Below are positions 17,134 to 25,982 of a stretch of 26,485 nucleotides of DNA, piece after piece. Positions within the stretch are counted from its first letter, which is position 1, and each line of letters opens with the position of its first letter. The notes under the pieces were generated by a model. That model searched no databases. It was not told where the DNA came from and worked only from the letters and a program-made list of their open reading frames with translations. Made by a program: the position numbers and the translations under genes. Location of the stretch: NCBI GenBank assembly GCA_964594085.1, contig CAZQLJ010000001.1:1-26485 (forward strand), read 5' to 3'. The DNA is from an uncultured Clostridium sp. Its GTDB lineage: Bacteria > Bacillota > Clostridia > Oscillospirales > CAG-272.

Positions 17134-17811
17134 TCAGAACTTTTCAATATTAGCCTTTACGTATTTAAGCATCTTGCTCTGAATATATCTCTTGTTATCC
17201 GCAAGGAACTTCGCCGTTCTCTCGTAACTGCCCGCCGCGTTCTCGAACAAGAATTTAAATGCGTTGCCAAGCTCCGTATCCCCGTTGATCTCAAGCGCAG
17301 CGGCTATATCCTCGATAACAAGCGCATCTGCGGCAAGATAGGTTGCCCAAACGCTCTCGTTGGCTCTCTCCGCAAGATCGTAAAGCATCTTGTAGGCAAC
17401 CAGAGGGACCAAAGCCTCATTTTCACGAAGAACGTCGCTGCTCTCCGCAAATATCACTCTTCTCGTCCAAACCTCAGAAACGCTCTCCGTGAGGTTCGTC
17501 ATAACGAAGGTCATCTTCTTGTCAACTCTCGCGAAATCCAATTCATCAAGAGAAATGTTCGCGCTCTTCTTGTTGTCATACAAGAAGAAGTTAGCGGGCT
17601 CTGCGCCACCCGTTACGATCGCAAGAAATGCGACCGAGCAAGCAAGCAGCTCAAGAACTATACCGAAGATGATGAACATTACCTTCAAAAATCCGTCGCT
17701 ATGCCCGCCACCGAGAACTATAACGAGAATTCCCGTGACCACGAGCAGACCGAACAGCACGAATAATATAAGTTTCAGATTTTGCCTAACGAAGCTTTTT
17801 ATTTTTTCCAT
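17134..17811 (-). CDS. Hypothetical membrane protein (2 N-terminal TM helices + soluble helical domain)
   Basis: 225-aa ORF. The ATG at 17811 is preceded by GGGGAG and is preferred over the GTG at 17817. It has its own promoter and terminator. Confidence 0.8.
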   Translation of the reverse strand: MEKIKSFVRQNLKLILFVLFGLLVVTGILVIVLGGGHSDGFLKVMFIIFGIVLELLACSVAFLAIVTGGAEPANFFLYDNKKSANISLDELDFARVDKKMTFVMTNLTESVSEVWTRRVIFAESSDVLRENEALVPLVAYKMLYDLAERANESVWATYLAADALVIEDIAAALEINGDTELGNAFKFLFENAAGSYERTAKFLADNKRYIQSKMLKYVKANIEKF

Positions 17812-17870
17812 AAACACTCCCCAAACTTCAGCAACGCAACAATAAGCGCCGCAAAGATCTCATTTATTTA

Positions 17871-17899
17871 ATTATATCATATCAAAATTGGTTTTGCAA
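17871..17899 (-). promoter_or_regulatory. sigmaA-type promoter
   Basis: Minus strand TTGCAA, 17 bp, TATAAT with a TG extension. Confidence 0.65.
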
Positions 17900-18034
17900 G
17901 CGTTTTTGCTATTTTTTTATATTTCTTTATTCAAAAAAAGCAAATATGCACCTGTTCCCGGCACCCGACGATTTTTTCACAGTTATTTATTCTTAATAAT
18001 GAAGCAAAAAGTTAGCAAAAACCGCAGAATTCAC

Positions 18035-18063
18035 TTGACTAAAGGATTGACAAATGGTATAAT
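18035..18063 (+). promoter_or_regulatory. sigmaA-type promoter of hydratase-icd
   Basis: TTGACT, 17 bp, TATAAT with a TG extension. Confidence 0.75.
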
Positions 18064-18109
18064 AAAATGGATTAATATGTTTTCCATTTCAAAAATTCCG
18101 GAGGTCAAT

Positions 18110-20356
18110 ATGATCAAGCTTTTTGACAAGGGCGTGTTCTACGAAAACGGCAAGATCAGCGAAAGCTCGTCGATCAGCGCATCCGAGGCGCGTAAAAACA
18201 CTATAGCCTATCAGATCCTTTCATCTCACAACGTATCGGGCAGCGACAGCGCCCTTAAAATAAAATTCGATGCAATGGTGTCTCACGATATCACCTACGT
18301 CGGCATAATTCAGACCGCAAGGATCGGAGGCTTGACCGAATTCCCGATCCCCTACGCGCTCACCAACTGTCACAACTCGCTTTGTGCGGTCGGCGGCACG
18401 ATCAACGAGGACGACCACGTTTTCGGGCTCTCTGCGGCAAAGAAATACGGCGGAATATACGTTCCCGCAAATCAGTCTGTAATTCACTCCTACGCACGCG
18501 AGGAGCTTGCGGGATGCGGCAAAATGATCCTCGGCTCCGACTCGCACACGAGATACGGCGCTCTCGGCACCATGGGTGTCGGCGAGGGCGGACCCGAGCT
18601 TGTAAAGCAGCTGCTTAAGGACACCTACGATATAAAGGCACCCGAAGTAGTCCTCGTTCACCTCACGGGCAAATCACCCAAGGGAATAGGACCTCACGAC
18701 GTGGCAATAGCGCTCGTCGGCGCGACCTTCGGTTGCGGATTTGTCAAGAACAAAGTGCTTGAATTCGTCGGAGACGGAATCAGAGACCTCCCCATCGACT
18801 TCAGAAACGGCATCGACGTAATGACGACCGAGACCACCTGCCTCTCGTCGATCTGGGAGACCGACGAAATTGTCAAAAAGCACTACGAAACCCACGGCAG
18901 ACCCGAAGAATATAAAGAACTCAAGCCGCGCGGCATAGCATATTACGACTCCATGATCGAGATCGACCTCAGCAAAATGAAATCGATGATCGCTCTGCCC
19001 TTCCACCCCTCAAACGCTTATACTATAAAGGATTTTTTGGCAAACGCCAAGGAAATACTCGCAAAGGTCGAAGCGGAAGCAAAGGTCAAATTCCCGAAAT
19101 GTGACCTTGACCTCGTATCCAAGGTTCAGCCCGACGGCAGCGTGCTTGCCGATCAGGGCATCATCGCAGGATGCGCGGGCGGTATGTTCGACAGCATCGT
19201 CGAAGCGTCCGAAATACTCAAAACGGGTAACGTCGGCAACTCATACTTCAACCTGTCGGTATATCCCACAAGTATCCCCGTCTCTCTTGCATTGACCCGC
19301 GAGGGAGTGACTGCAGACCTTCTCTCAAACGGCGCGGTCATCAAGCCCTCATTCTGCGGTCCCTGCTTTGGCGCAGGCGACGTTCCCGCAAACAACGGTC
19401 TCTCTCTCCGTCACACGACGAGAAACTTCCCCAACCGCGAAGGTTCGAAGCCGGGCGAGGGACAGGTATCGGGAGTTGCGCTTATGGACGCGAGAAGCAT
19501 CGCGGCAACCGCGGCAAACGGAGGTAAAATAACCCCCGCGACCGATATCGACTACGACTACACCCCCGTAAACTATGAATTTGACAAATCGGTCTACGAC
19601 AAGAGAATTTATTACGGCTACGGTAAGGCTGACCCCTCGACCGAGCTCATTCTCGGCCCGAATATCACAAGCTGGCCCGATCAGTACGAGCTGGGAGAGA
19701 ATCTGCTCGTTGAGCTGACTGCTGTAATTCACGACCCCGTGACCACCACCGACGAGCTCATCCCCTCGGGCGAAACAAGCTCCCTGCGCTCCAATCCCCG
19801 TAGGCTTGCAGAGTTCACTCTCTCCCGCCGCGTTCCCGAGTACGTAGGACTCTCCAAGGCGGTTGCCGCCGAGGAAACGGCTCGCAGAGAAGGCAACGCA
19901 AGTGAAAAGCTTGTAGCTACTCTCTCCAAGGTCGGAGACGCAAGTGAGCTGATCAAAAACACCCAGTTCGGCTCGTGTGTCTTCGCAAATAAGCCCGGCG
20001 ACGGCTCGGCACGTGAGCAGGCAGCCTCCTGCCAGAAGGTGCTCGGCGGATTCGCCAATATCTGCTACGAATTCGCGACCAAGCGCTATCGCTCCAACTG
20101 TATCAACTGGGGGATCCTCCCCTTCACCCTCGACCCCGAGACAAAATTCGAATACGAAACAGGCGACTGCGTATTCGTCCCTGATATCAGAAAAACCATC
20201 GCCTCGGGCAACGAAACCTTTAACGCTAAAGTTATCCGCAAATCAGGTGCCGTCGAAGACCTCACCCTCTATGTCAAAGGCCTCACCCAAGAGGAAAAAG
20301 ATATCCTCCTCTCAGGCTGCCTGATGAATTATTATAAGATAAAGAATAGTTTATGA
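18110..20356 (+). CDS. Aconitase-family hydratase (YbhJ-like), probably aconitate hydratase
   Basis: SHDITY, NCHNSLC, GSDSHTRYG, Fe-S cysteines in AGCAGG and FCGPCFG, TTRNFPNREG, TTDELIP and GSAREQA. The real start is the ATG at 18110 after GGAGG, not the track start at 17888. Adjacent to icd. Confidence 0.9.
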   Translation: MIKLFDKGVFYENGKISESSSISASEARKNTIAYQILSSHNVSGSDSALKIKFDAMVSHDITYVGIIQTARIGGLTEFPIPYALTNCHNSLCAVGGTINEDDHVFGLSAAKKYGGIYVPANQSVIHSYAREELAGCGKMILGSDSHTRYGALGTMGVGEGGPELVKQLLKDTYDIKAPEVVLVHLTGKSPKGIGPHDVAIALVGATFGCGFVKNKVLEFVGDGIRDLPIDFRNGIDVMTTETTCLSSIWETDEIVKKHYETHGRPEEYKELKPRGIAYYDSMIEIDLSKMKSMIALPFHPSNAYTIKDFLANAKEILAKVEAEAKVKFPKCDLDLVSKVQPDGSVLADQGIIAGCAGGMFDSIVEASEILKTGNVGNSYFNLSVYPTSIPVSLALTREGVTADLLSNGAVIKPSFCGPCFGAGDVPANNGLSLRHTTRNFPNREGSKPGEGQVSGVALMDARSIAATAANGGKITPATDIDYDYTPVNYEFDKSVYDKRIYYGYGKADPSTELILGPNITSWPDQYELGENLLVELTAVIHDPVTTTDELIPSGETSSLRSNPRRLAEFTLSRRVPEYVGLSKAVAAEETARREGNASEKLVATLSKVGDASELIKNTQFGSCVFANKPGDGSAREQAASCQKVLGGFANICYEFATKRYRSNCINWGILPFTLDPETKFEYETGDCVFVPDIRKTIASGNETFNAKVIRKSGAVEDLTLYVKGLTQEEKDILLSGCLMNYYKIKNSL

Positions 20357-20372
20357 TAGTATGCGATTGCGT

Positions 20373-20567
20373 AACCATTTTTGAAAAAAGGGTTCCGCAC
20401 CTCCCAAAAACTTCCCCTAGGATAGTAAAAAACACTACAGTTTATCCCTCTAAACATAAAAAAATTATAAGCAAACCCAATCACCCTAACCCCTTTTATT
20501 GAAAGTTTTTGAATTCTTAAAACTTTTTCCCAAAAAGTTTTAAGCAGGGTGTGGGACAGAGTCCCAC
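20373..20567. repeat. REP-like extragenic palindromic element, two related copies in inverted orientation
   Basis: The reverse complement of 20378-20413 (AAGTTTTTGGGAGGTGCGGAACCCTTTTTTCAAAAA) resembles 20503-20536 (AAGTTTTTGAATTCTTAAAACTTTTTCCCAAAAA). Perfect stems at 20516-20544 (13 bp) and 20551-20567 (7 bp). Confidence 0.5.
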
Positions 20568-20586
20568 GAAACAAAGAAAGGTAATT

Positions 20587-21798
20587 ATGACTAAAATCAA
20601 AATGACAACGCCGCTGGTCGAGATGGACGGCGACGAGATGACAAGAATAATATGGAAGATGATAAAGGACGAGCTTCTTTATCCCTTTGTTGACCTGAAG
20701 ACCGAGTATTACGATCTCGGATTGCCCGAGAGAGAGAGAACGAAGGACCGGGTCACGTTTGATTCGGCATACGCGGCGCAGAAATACGGAGTCGCGGTCA
20801 AATGCGCGACGATAACGCCCAACAAGCAGCGAGTTGAGGAATACAACCTCACTGAGATGTGGAAATCTCCCAACGGCACGATCCGCGCGATAATGGACGG
20901 CACGGTATTCCGCGCACCTATCACCATCGACTCGATCAAGCCTGTTGTTCGTAACTGGAAAAAGCCGATCACGATAGCTCGTCACGCATACGGCGACGTC
21001 TATAAGGCAACCGAATACCGCGTACCCTCGGCGGGCAAGGCGACACTCACCTTCAAGGGTGAGGACGGCACCGAGTTTTCAAAGACTATTTACGACTTCG
21101 AGTGCGCGGGAGTGCTTCAGGGACAGTACAACAAGGATACCTCAATAATAAGCTTCGCACACTCCTGCTTCAAGTTTGCGATCGACACCAAGCAGGATCT
21201 TTGGTTCTCCACCAAGGACACGATCTCCAAGCAGTACGACCAGACCTTCAAGCTGATTTTCGAGGAGATATACAACAAGCACTACAAGGAGCAGTTCGAG
21301 ACGCTTGGAATAACCTATTTCTACACCCTGATCGACGACGCGGTCGCACGCGTGATCAGAAGCGAGGGCGGCTACATCTGGGCTTGTAAGAACTACGACG
21401 GCGACGTTATGTCGGATATGGTATCCACCGCATTCGGCTCGCTCGCGATGATGACCAGCGTTCTCGTCTCCCCCGACGGCAAGTTTGAATACGAAGCGGC
21501 TCACGGCACGGTAACAAGACACTATTACCGCTACCTCAAAGGCGAGGAGACCTCGACCAACCCTATGGCAACGATCTATGCTTGGTCGGGAGCGCTCCGT
21601 AAGCGCGGCGAGCTCGACGGACTTGACGATCTTGTAAACTTTGCAAATAAGCTTGAGGAAGCCTGCATCGATACCCTGAACGACGGAATAATGACCAAGG
21701 ACCTCGTAGGTCTCGTCGACGAAGGATTTGCCGCAACGGCAGTCAATACGATCGATTTCATCAAGGCTGTCAGAACACGTCTTGAAAACAAGCTTTAA
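20587..21798 (+). CDS. icd: NADP-dependent isocitrate dehydrogenase
   Basis: [37 protein letters not shown] and [11 protein letters not shown]. The ATG at 20587 follows GAAAGG. Confidence 0.96.
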   Translation: MTKIKMTTPLVEMDGDEMTRIIWKMIKDELLYPFVDLKTEYYDLGLPERERTKDRVTFDSAYAAQKYGVAVKCATITPNKQRVEEYNLTEMWKSPNGTIRAIMDGTVFRAPITIDSIKPVVRNWKKPITIARHAYGDVYKATEYRVPSAGKATLTFKGEDGTEFSKTIYDFECAGVLQGQYNKDTSIISFAHSCFKFAIDTKQDLWFSTKDTISKQYDQTFKLIFEEIYNKHYKEQFETLGITYFYTLIDDAVARVIRSEGGYIWACKNYDGDVMSDMVSTAFGSLAMMTSVLVSPDGKFEYEAAHGTVTRHYYRYLKGEETSTNPMATIYAWSGALRKRGELDGLDDLVNFANKLEEACIDTLNDGIMTKDLVGLVDEGFAATAVNTIDFIKAVRTRLENKL

Positions 21799-21801
21799 AT
21801 C

Positions 21802-21836
21802 AAAAAGCGCATATGCGAAAGCATACGCGCTTTTTT
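21802..21836. terminator. Bidirectional intrinsic terminator
   Basis: AAAAAGCGCATATGC-GAAA-GCATACGCGCTTTTTT between convergent genes. Confidence 0.85.
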
Positions 21837-21841
21837 AGATA

Positions 21842-22774
21842 TCAGGTATTTTTCATAACGATCGAACCAACACATTCGCTGACGTGCTCGCAAGCGTCGG
21901 AGCAAGCCTCGAAGCAATCGTATATCTTATACCAGGAAAGAGTGGTAAGAACATCTGTAGATTTCTTGGTAAGCTCGTGCATCGTAGCAAGATAAAGCTT
22001 GTCGCACTCCTCCTCGACGTCGTTTGATGCGACGATAAGAGAATGAAGCTTTTTCGACTTCTTGAAGTTTTCAAACTCTGCCATGATCTCACCAAGAAGA
22101 TCGCAAGCTCTTACAAGGTGCTTTGCGTAATCGATCGCGGCAGGCTCAATCGTCTTGATATTGTATATGTACATCTTCTGCAGTACTTCCTCAATAAGAT
22201 CAAGTACAGTGTCAATACGAGTTATAGACAAAAGATTTTCTACCATACGGATCAGCCATTCGGAATCCTCCTTGATACCGCTTATCATCTGTGCTTTTTG
22301 CGTATCGTTGAGCTTGTCATAATTGTCGAGAATAGACGAGCTTGCGCCATATATCGTAGTCAGCGGAGTGCGAAGGTCGTGTGACACAGCTCGGAGAAGA
22401 TTTGCCCTCATTCTCTCCTTTTCTCCCTCGGCCTTAAGCTCCTGCCATCTCTTAAGCTTTGTAGTAAAGGCACTCGTAAGTAAGGAGATGATCAACATTA
22501 CGGCGGCCGAAAAAATGCTCGCAGGGGCGGAAAAATCCACGTCAAAATACGGATATGTAAACGCGTAATTAATCGCTATAATGCCCGCAAACGCCGCAAC
22601 GATACCGTAAATATAGCCGTCAGTCAATAAAGACACGATAAAGACAGCAAATATGAATATGGAAGTAATATGCTCCCATATATCGAATACGTCCTGCAAC
22701 ACAAAGCTGATGCCGTAAGAAAACAGCACTGCTCCGATCATAATGGCTGTGTTTTTCAAAACCTTTTTCGCCAT
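21842..22774 (-). CDS. Chimeric protein: KdpD-like DUF4118 TM sensor + HisKA, fused to the C-terminal part of a DUF47 (PhoU-like) protein; no HATPase domain
   Basis: 4 TMs with NYAFTYPYF, then EKERMRANLLRAVSHDLRTPLTTIYG..ENLLSITRID, followed directly by VLDLIEEVLQKMYIYNI..NDVEEECDKLY..IYDCFEACSDACEHVSECVGSIVMKNT. CAGGAG RBS. Confidence 0.8.
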   Translation of the reverse strand: MAKKVLKNTAIMIGAVLFSYGISFVLQDVFDIWEHITSIFIFAVFIVSLLTDGYIYGIVAAFAGIIAINYAFTYPYFDVDFSAPASIFSAAVMLIISLLTSAFTTKLKRWQELKAEGEKERMRANLLRAVSHDLRTPLTTIYGASSSILDNYDKLNDTQKAQMISGIKEDSEWLIRMVENLLSITRIDTVLDLIEEVLQKMYIYNIKTIEPAAIDYAKHLVRACDLLGEIMAEFENFKKSKKLHSLIVASNDVEEECDKLYLATMHELTKKSTDVLTTLSWYKIYDCFEACSDACEHVSECVGSIVMKNT

Positions 22775-22906
22775 AGCCCACTCCTGAAACGTTTATCTAT
22801 TTTTAGATTATACCACCGCATCAATTAAGACGCGGCAAAGCCTTCGACTATATTATAGCACATTATCGTTAAATATTCCACTGTTTATTTGTAATATCTC
22901 ATTGTT

Positions 22907-22943
22907 AAACCAAAACGGCCTATCCTTCTCGGACAGACCGTTT
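22907..22943 (-). terminator. Probable intrinsic terminator
   Basis: Minus strand AAACGGTCTGTCC-GAGAA-GGATAGGCCGTTTTGGTTT, right after the kinase stop. Confidence 0.6.
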
Positions 22944-22947
22944 CTCT

Positions 22948-24321
22948 TTACTCCTTAACGGGAAAATTCAACGTAATACTGTAATCATCGCCCTCGGAGC
23001 ACACACGAACACCGCCGCCCATTCTCTCCATGATGCGCTCGCAGGTCTTAAGACCGATGCCGTTACTCTCGGCGCGATCCGAGCTCTTGTCTATCTTATT
23101 TTTTACAGTAAGAGTCAGATTCCCGTCCTCGATCCCCGATTCAATATAAACGGGCGCGTTCAGATCAGCGTATTTTTGAATATTGGCGAACACGTTATCA
23201 ATAACACGACCAAGATAGTCCAGATTCACCGAAACAGTCGCGTTCGGCAGATCATGAGAGTATGACAGCTCAAATCCACTTTCTTCAAAAAGGATCACCC
23301 TCTCTGTCAGCATGTGATCGAGCACCTCAGTGCCTACCTCGATCATCTCCCCATCAAGAGCATCCTTCTTTCCAAAAACAAGAAAATAAGAAAACATATC
23401 GTCGGAAAGGCGCTTCAATCGCAGAGCATTGTCCTTGCAAGCCGCGATATATTCCGAATCAATCTCGGACTTTTCCTGCATCTCCATAAGCTCAAGATAT
23501 CCGAGCATAACGGTAAGCGGAGTGCGGATATCGTGTGACATAGCCGTTATAAGCTCAGCATTTGCCAGCCATGCCTGTTGCTCCTTGGTCATATTGTCAA
23601 CGACCGAGTTTCTCATACTGTTGACGTCCTCGGCAAGCGAGCTCAGCTCATCGTGCCCTCTGATAGCAATCGGCAGCTCAAGGTTTCCGCCCTCAACAAG
23701 TCTTACGTCTCTCGCAAGGCGCTTTATTCTCGAAGCAGTCGTCGAGAAATTCAGTATCATAATGATACAAAGCACGATCAAAGCAAAAAACAATGAGACG
23801 GCAAACACAAGACTGTACACAAAGTCCTCTGTGTAGTCAATAACTCTCACAAGCAAGGTACCGTCAACGAAATAGACCGACGAAAGATCGCTGTTTTCAT
23901 CGAGAATATCCTCAAGTCGCTCAAGATAAGCAGTCCTTGCCTCCTCGGTCAGATAATGCTCAAAGTTTCGGTCGCCCGAAAAGTAATCCTGCGGACTGCT
24001 CGAGTCGATAAACCAATCGGGCGCATAAACCAGATTCTTGTCCTTGTAAACGATCATATCGACGTAGTTTCCGCCCGACCACGCGGCTATCTTCTCGGAA
24101 TCGTGAATAGAGAGCTTTTTATTCTTCACGTATTTCTGAAAGTCCTCAATATAGTCTTCGGCTCTCTCCTGCTTGGTCTCCTCGTCAAGATAATATTTCC
24201 AGACCAAAAAGTCTCCAAACTGCTTACACGTGACAAAGACTACAGCAGCCGTGAGGAGCGCCAGGATCAGAACAAGTATTAATTTGCTTTTGAGAGAAAT
24301 AAAGAATTTCTTTTTAGACAA
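22948..24321 (-). CDS. Sensor histidine kinase (2 TM, HAMP, HisKA, HATPase)
   Basis: HAMP (GHDELSSLAEDVNSMR), H-box SHDIRTPLT, N-box NVFANIQKYA and G2 SNGIGL. The TTG start overlaps the regulator stop. Confidence 0.92.
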   Translation of the reverse strand: MSKKKFFISLKSKLILVLILALLTAAVVFVTCKQFGDFLVWKYYLDEETKQERAEDYIEDFQKYVKNKKLSIHDSEKIAAWSGGNYVDMIVYKDKNLVYAPDWFIDSSSPQDYFSGDRNFEHYLTEEARTAYLERLEDILDENSDLSSVYFVDGTLLVRVIDYTEDFVYSLVFAVSLFFALIVLCIIMILNFSTTASRIKRLARDVRLVEGGNLELPIAIRGHDELSSLAEDVNSMRNSVVDNMTKEQQAWLANAELITAMSHDIRTPLTVMLGYLELMEMQEKSEIDSEYIAACKDNALRLKRLSDDMFSYFLVFGKKDALDGEMIEVGTEVLDHMLTERVILFEESGFELSYSHDLPNATVSVNLDYLGRVIDNVFANIQKYADLNAPVYIESGIEDGNLTLTVKNKIDKSSDRAESNGIGLKTCERIMERMGGGVRVCSEGDDYSITLNFPVKE

Positions 24322-25015
24322 ACTGATACCCCTTTCCCCAAACGGTCTTGATTATCTTCGGACTTGACGGATCGTCCTCCAGCTTTTTACGCAATCCCAG
24401 AATATTGACCGTCACGTTGTTCGCGCTCGAGGCAAGAGCCCTCTCGCCCCAGACCTCTTCAAAAATAACGTCGGGCTCGACCGTGTTGCCGCGATGCTCG
24501 AGCAGATAGAAGAAGATCGCGCTTTCCTTGTCTCTCAGATTGGGATCCTCGCCGTTTTTGGTGACGGTTTTTTTATCGGGATCGACCTCGACCCCGCCGG
24601 GCAGAGAAATTATACCGTCGGTCCTTTCCTTGCCCTTGTACACGGTATAACGGCGCACGAGCGACTCGACCTTCATAAGCAGCTCTGCGGACGAAAAGGG
24701 CTTGACCACGTAGTCGTCACCGCCGCTGCTATAGGCTCTTTCCTTGTCGGCAACAAACGATCTTGCCGTCAGGAACAGCACGGGAGCAACAGAAAGCTCT
24801 CGTATTTTCTTCGTAGCCTCAACGCCCGACATCTTGGGCATCATAATATCCATAATAATAAGATCAACGTCATCTTGCTTCACGATATCGATCGCCGCCG
24901 AGCCGTTTGATGCCTCAATGACAGAGTAACCCTTGTTCTTCAAAAGCAAAGAGACCACCTTACGTATGTCGGCCTCGTCGTCGACCACAAGTATCTTTAT
25001 ATCGGAATTTGCCAC
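24314..25015 (-). CDS. OmpR-family response regulator
   Basis: ILVVDDE, DIMMP, FLTA, DDYVVKPF and winged helix IKTVWGKGYQF. The GTG at 25015 is 6 nt from GGAGGT and is preferred over 25021. Confidence 0.94.
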   Translation of the reverse strand: MANSDIKILVVDDEADIRKVVSLLLKNKGYSVIEASNGSAAIDIVKQDDVDLIIMDIMMPKMSGVEATKKIRELSVAPVLFLTARSFVADKERAYSSGGDDYVVKPFSSAELLMKVESLVRRYTVYKGKERTDGIISLPGGVEVDPDKKTVTKNGEDPNLRDKESAIFFYLLEHRGNTVEPDVIFEEVWGERALASSANNVTVNILGLRKKLEDDPSSPKIIKTVWGKGYQFV

Positions 25016-25047
25016 GACCACACCTCCGTCCCAAAATATCTAAAACA

Positions 25048-25076
25048 ATTATACCACAATAAGCCATAAAATACAA
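25048..25076 (-). promoter_or_regulatory. sigmaA-type promoter of the two-component pair
   Basis: Minus strand TTGTAT, 17 bp, TATAAT with a TG extension. Confidence 0.6.
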
Positions 25077-25107
25077 GAAAAATAAGCCTGCATTAATAAA
25101 AATTCAG

Positions 25108-25144
25108 AAAAAACAGGATCGAGCCGCCTTCACGACCCGATCCT
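25108..25144 (-). terminator. Intrinsic terminator
   Basis: Minus strand AGGATCGGGTCG-TGAAGG-CGGCTCGATCCT-GTTTTTT. Confidence 0.75.
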
Positions 25145-25159
25145 TTAGCAAAAATCCGA

Positions 25160-25720
25160 TTATTTCTTCACGTTCGGCATAAAAAGACCGCCGAAATTGA
25201 TATTTTTCGCACCGCAGATGTAAGCGGCAACAATCACGGGCAGCGCGGGCAGAACCGTCAGAAAATGCACGAACCAATAGGAATTCAGCGGCGCACCGCC
25301 AACGTGACTCGCGAGAAGACCCGTGTACATTCCCTCAATGATCATTTTGATCATTGTCGCTCCTCCCGAAATCGAGGATAATGCTCCCCCTTTGCCAAAC
25401 CAAACTCCAAGTGCTATCAGAAGCGCGAGAAGCAGGTTGAGCGAGTTTGCAAGCAACCAGACCTTGAGGGGAACCGTGAGGTCAAGCTTTCTCTTGCCGA
25501 GATCTGCCGACATCTTGTCCTCCGCGCCGATCCTCCATGCCGAAGCAAATTGCATAAACAAGAAGAAGATCACCGAAAATATGCCCGTGACCACGCGCAA
25601 GGTCTCGTTCTCTGCAATTCCCGCGGCAAGCGCGAGCACCAATCCAAAAAGTCCTATGACAACTTGATTTATAAATAACCGCACGCTTTCGTACGAATAT
25701 CTCTTAAAAAAATCTTTCAT
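25160..25720 (-). CDS. Hypothetical integral membrane protein (~4 TM)
   Basis: 186-aa hydrophobic ORF with an AAAGGA RBS, a promoter and a terminator. Confidence 0.8.
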   Translation of the reverse strand: MKDFFKRYSYESVRLFINQVVIGLFGLVLALAAGIAENETLRVVTGIFSVIFFLFMQFASAWRIGAEDKMSADLGKRKLDLTVPLKVWLLANSLNLLLALLIALGVWFGKGGALSSISGGATMIKMIIEGMYTGLLASHVGGAPLNSYWFVHFLTVLPALPVIVAAYICGAKNINFGGLFMPNVKK

Positions 25721-25771
25721 TATAAAAGTCCTTTCACTTCAGTCGCCCGAGGGCAGACCTCCAATGATAAC

Positions 25772-25800
25772 ATTATATATGATAAATGTGTATTTTTCAA
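25772..25800 (-). promoter_or_regulatory. sigmaA-type promoter
   Basis: Minus strand TTGAAA, 17 bp, TATAAT. Confidence 0.6.
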
Positions 25801-25920
25801 CAATTCCGTGTGAAAATTTAAAGAAAATCAACAATTTCTCATCAAACGGCGGCAAGATCGCCATATTATACAAAATATTCCGCTAAAAAAGGCAATACCT
25901 TGAAAAATACAAGAAATCTC

Positions 25921-25949
25921 TTGAAAAACAAAAAAAGATTTGGTATAAT
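25921..25949 (+). promoter_or_regulatory. sigmaA-type promoter of the recombinase
   Basis: TTGAAA, 17 bp, TATAAT with a TG extension. Confidence 0.7.
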
Positions 25950-25982
25950 TAACGTATAGACGTAGAAAGGAGATCAAGCACT

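Noticed and set aside
17888..18109. 74-aa N-terminal extension of the hydratase in the ORF track (likewise 20551-20586 for icd)
   Set aside because: These stretches cover the promoter or a hairpin. RBS-supported ATGs are at 18110 and 20587.
22948..23200. Missing DxGxG (G1) box in the histidine kinase as a sign of a pseudokinase
   Set aside because: The H, N and G2 boxes are intact, and I recall shortened ATP lids of this kind being common in clostridial kinases.
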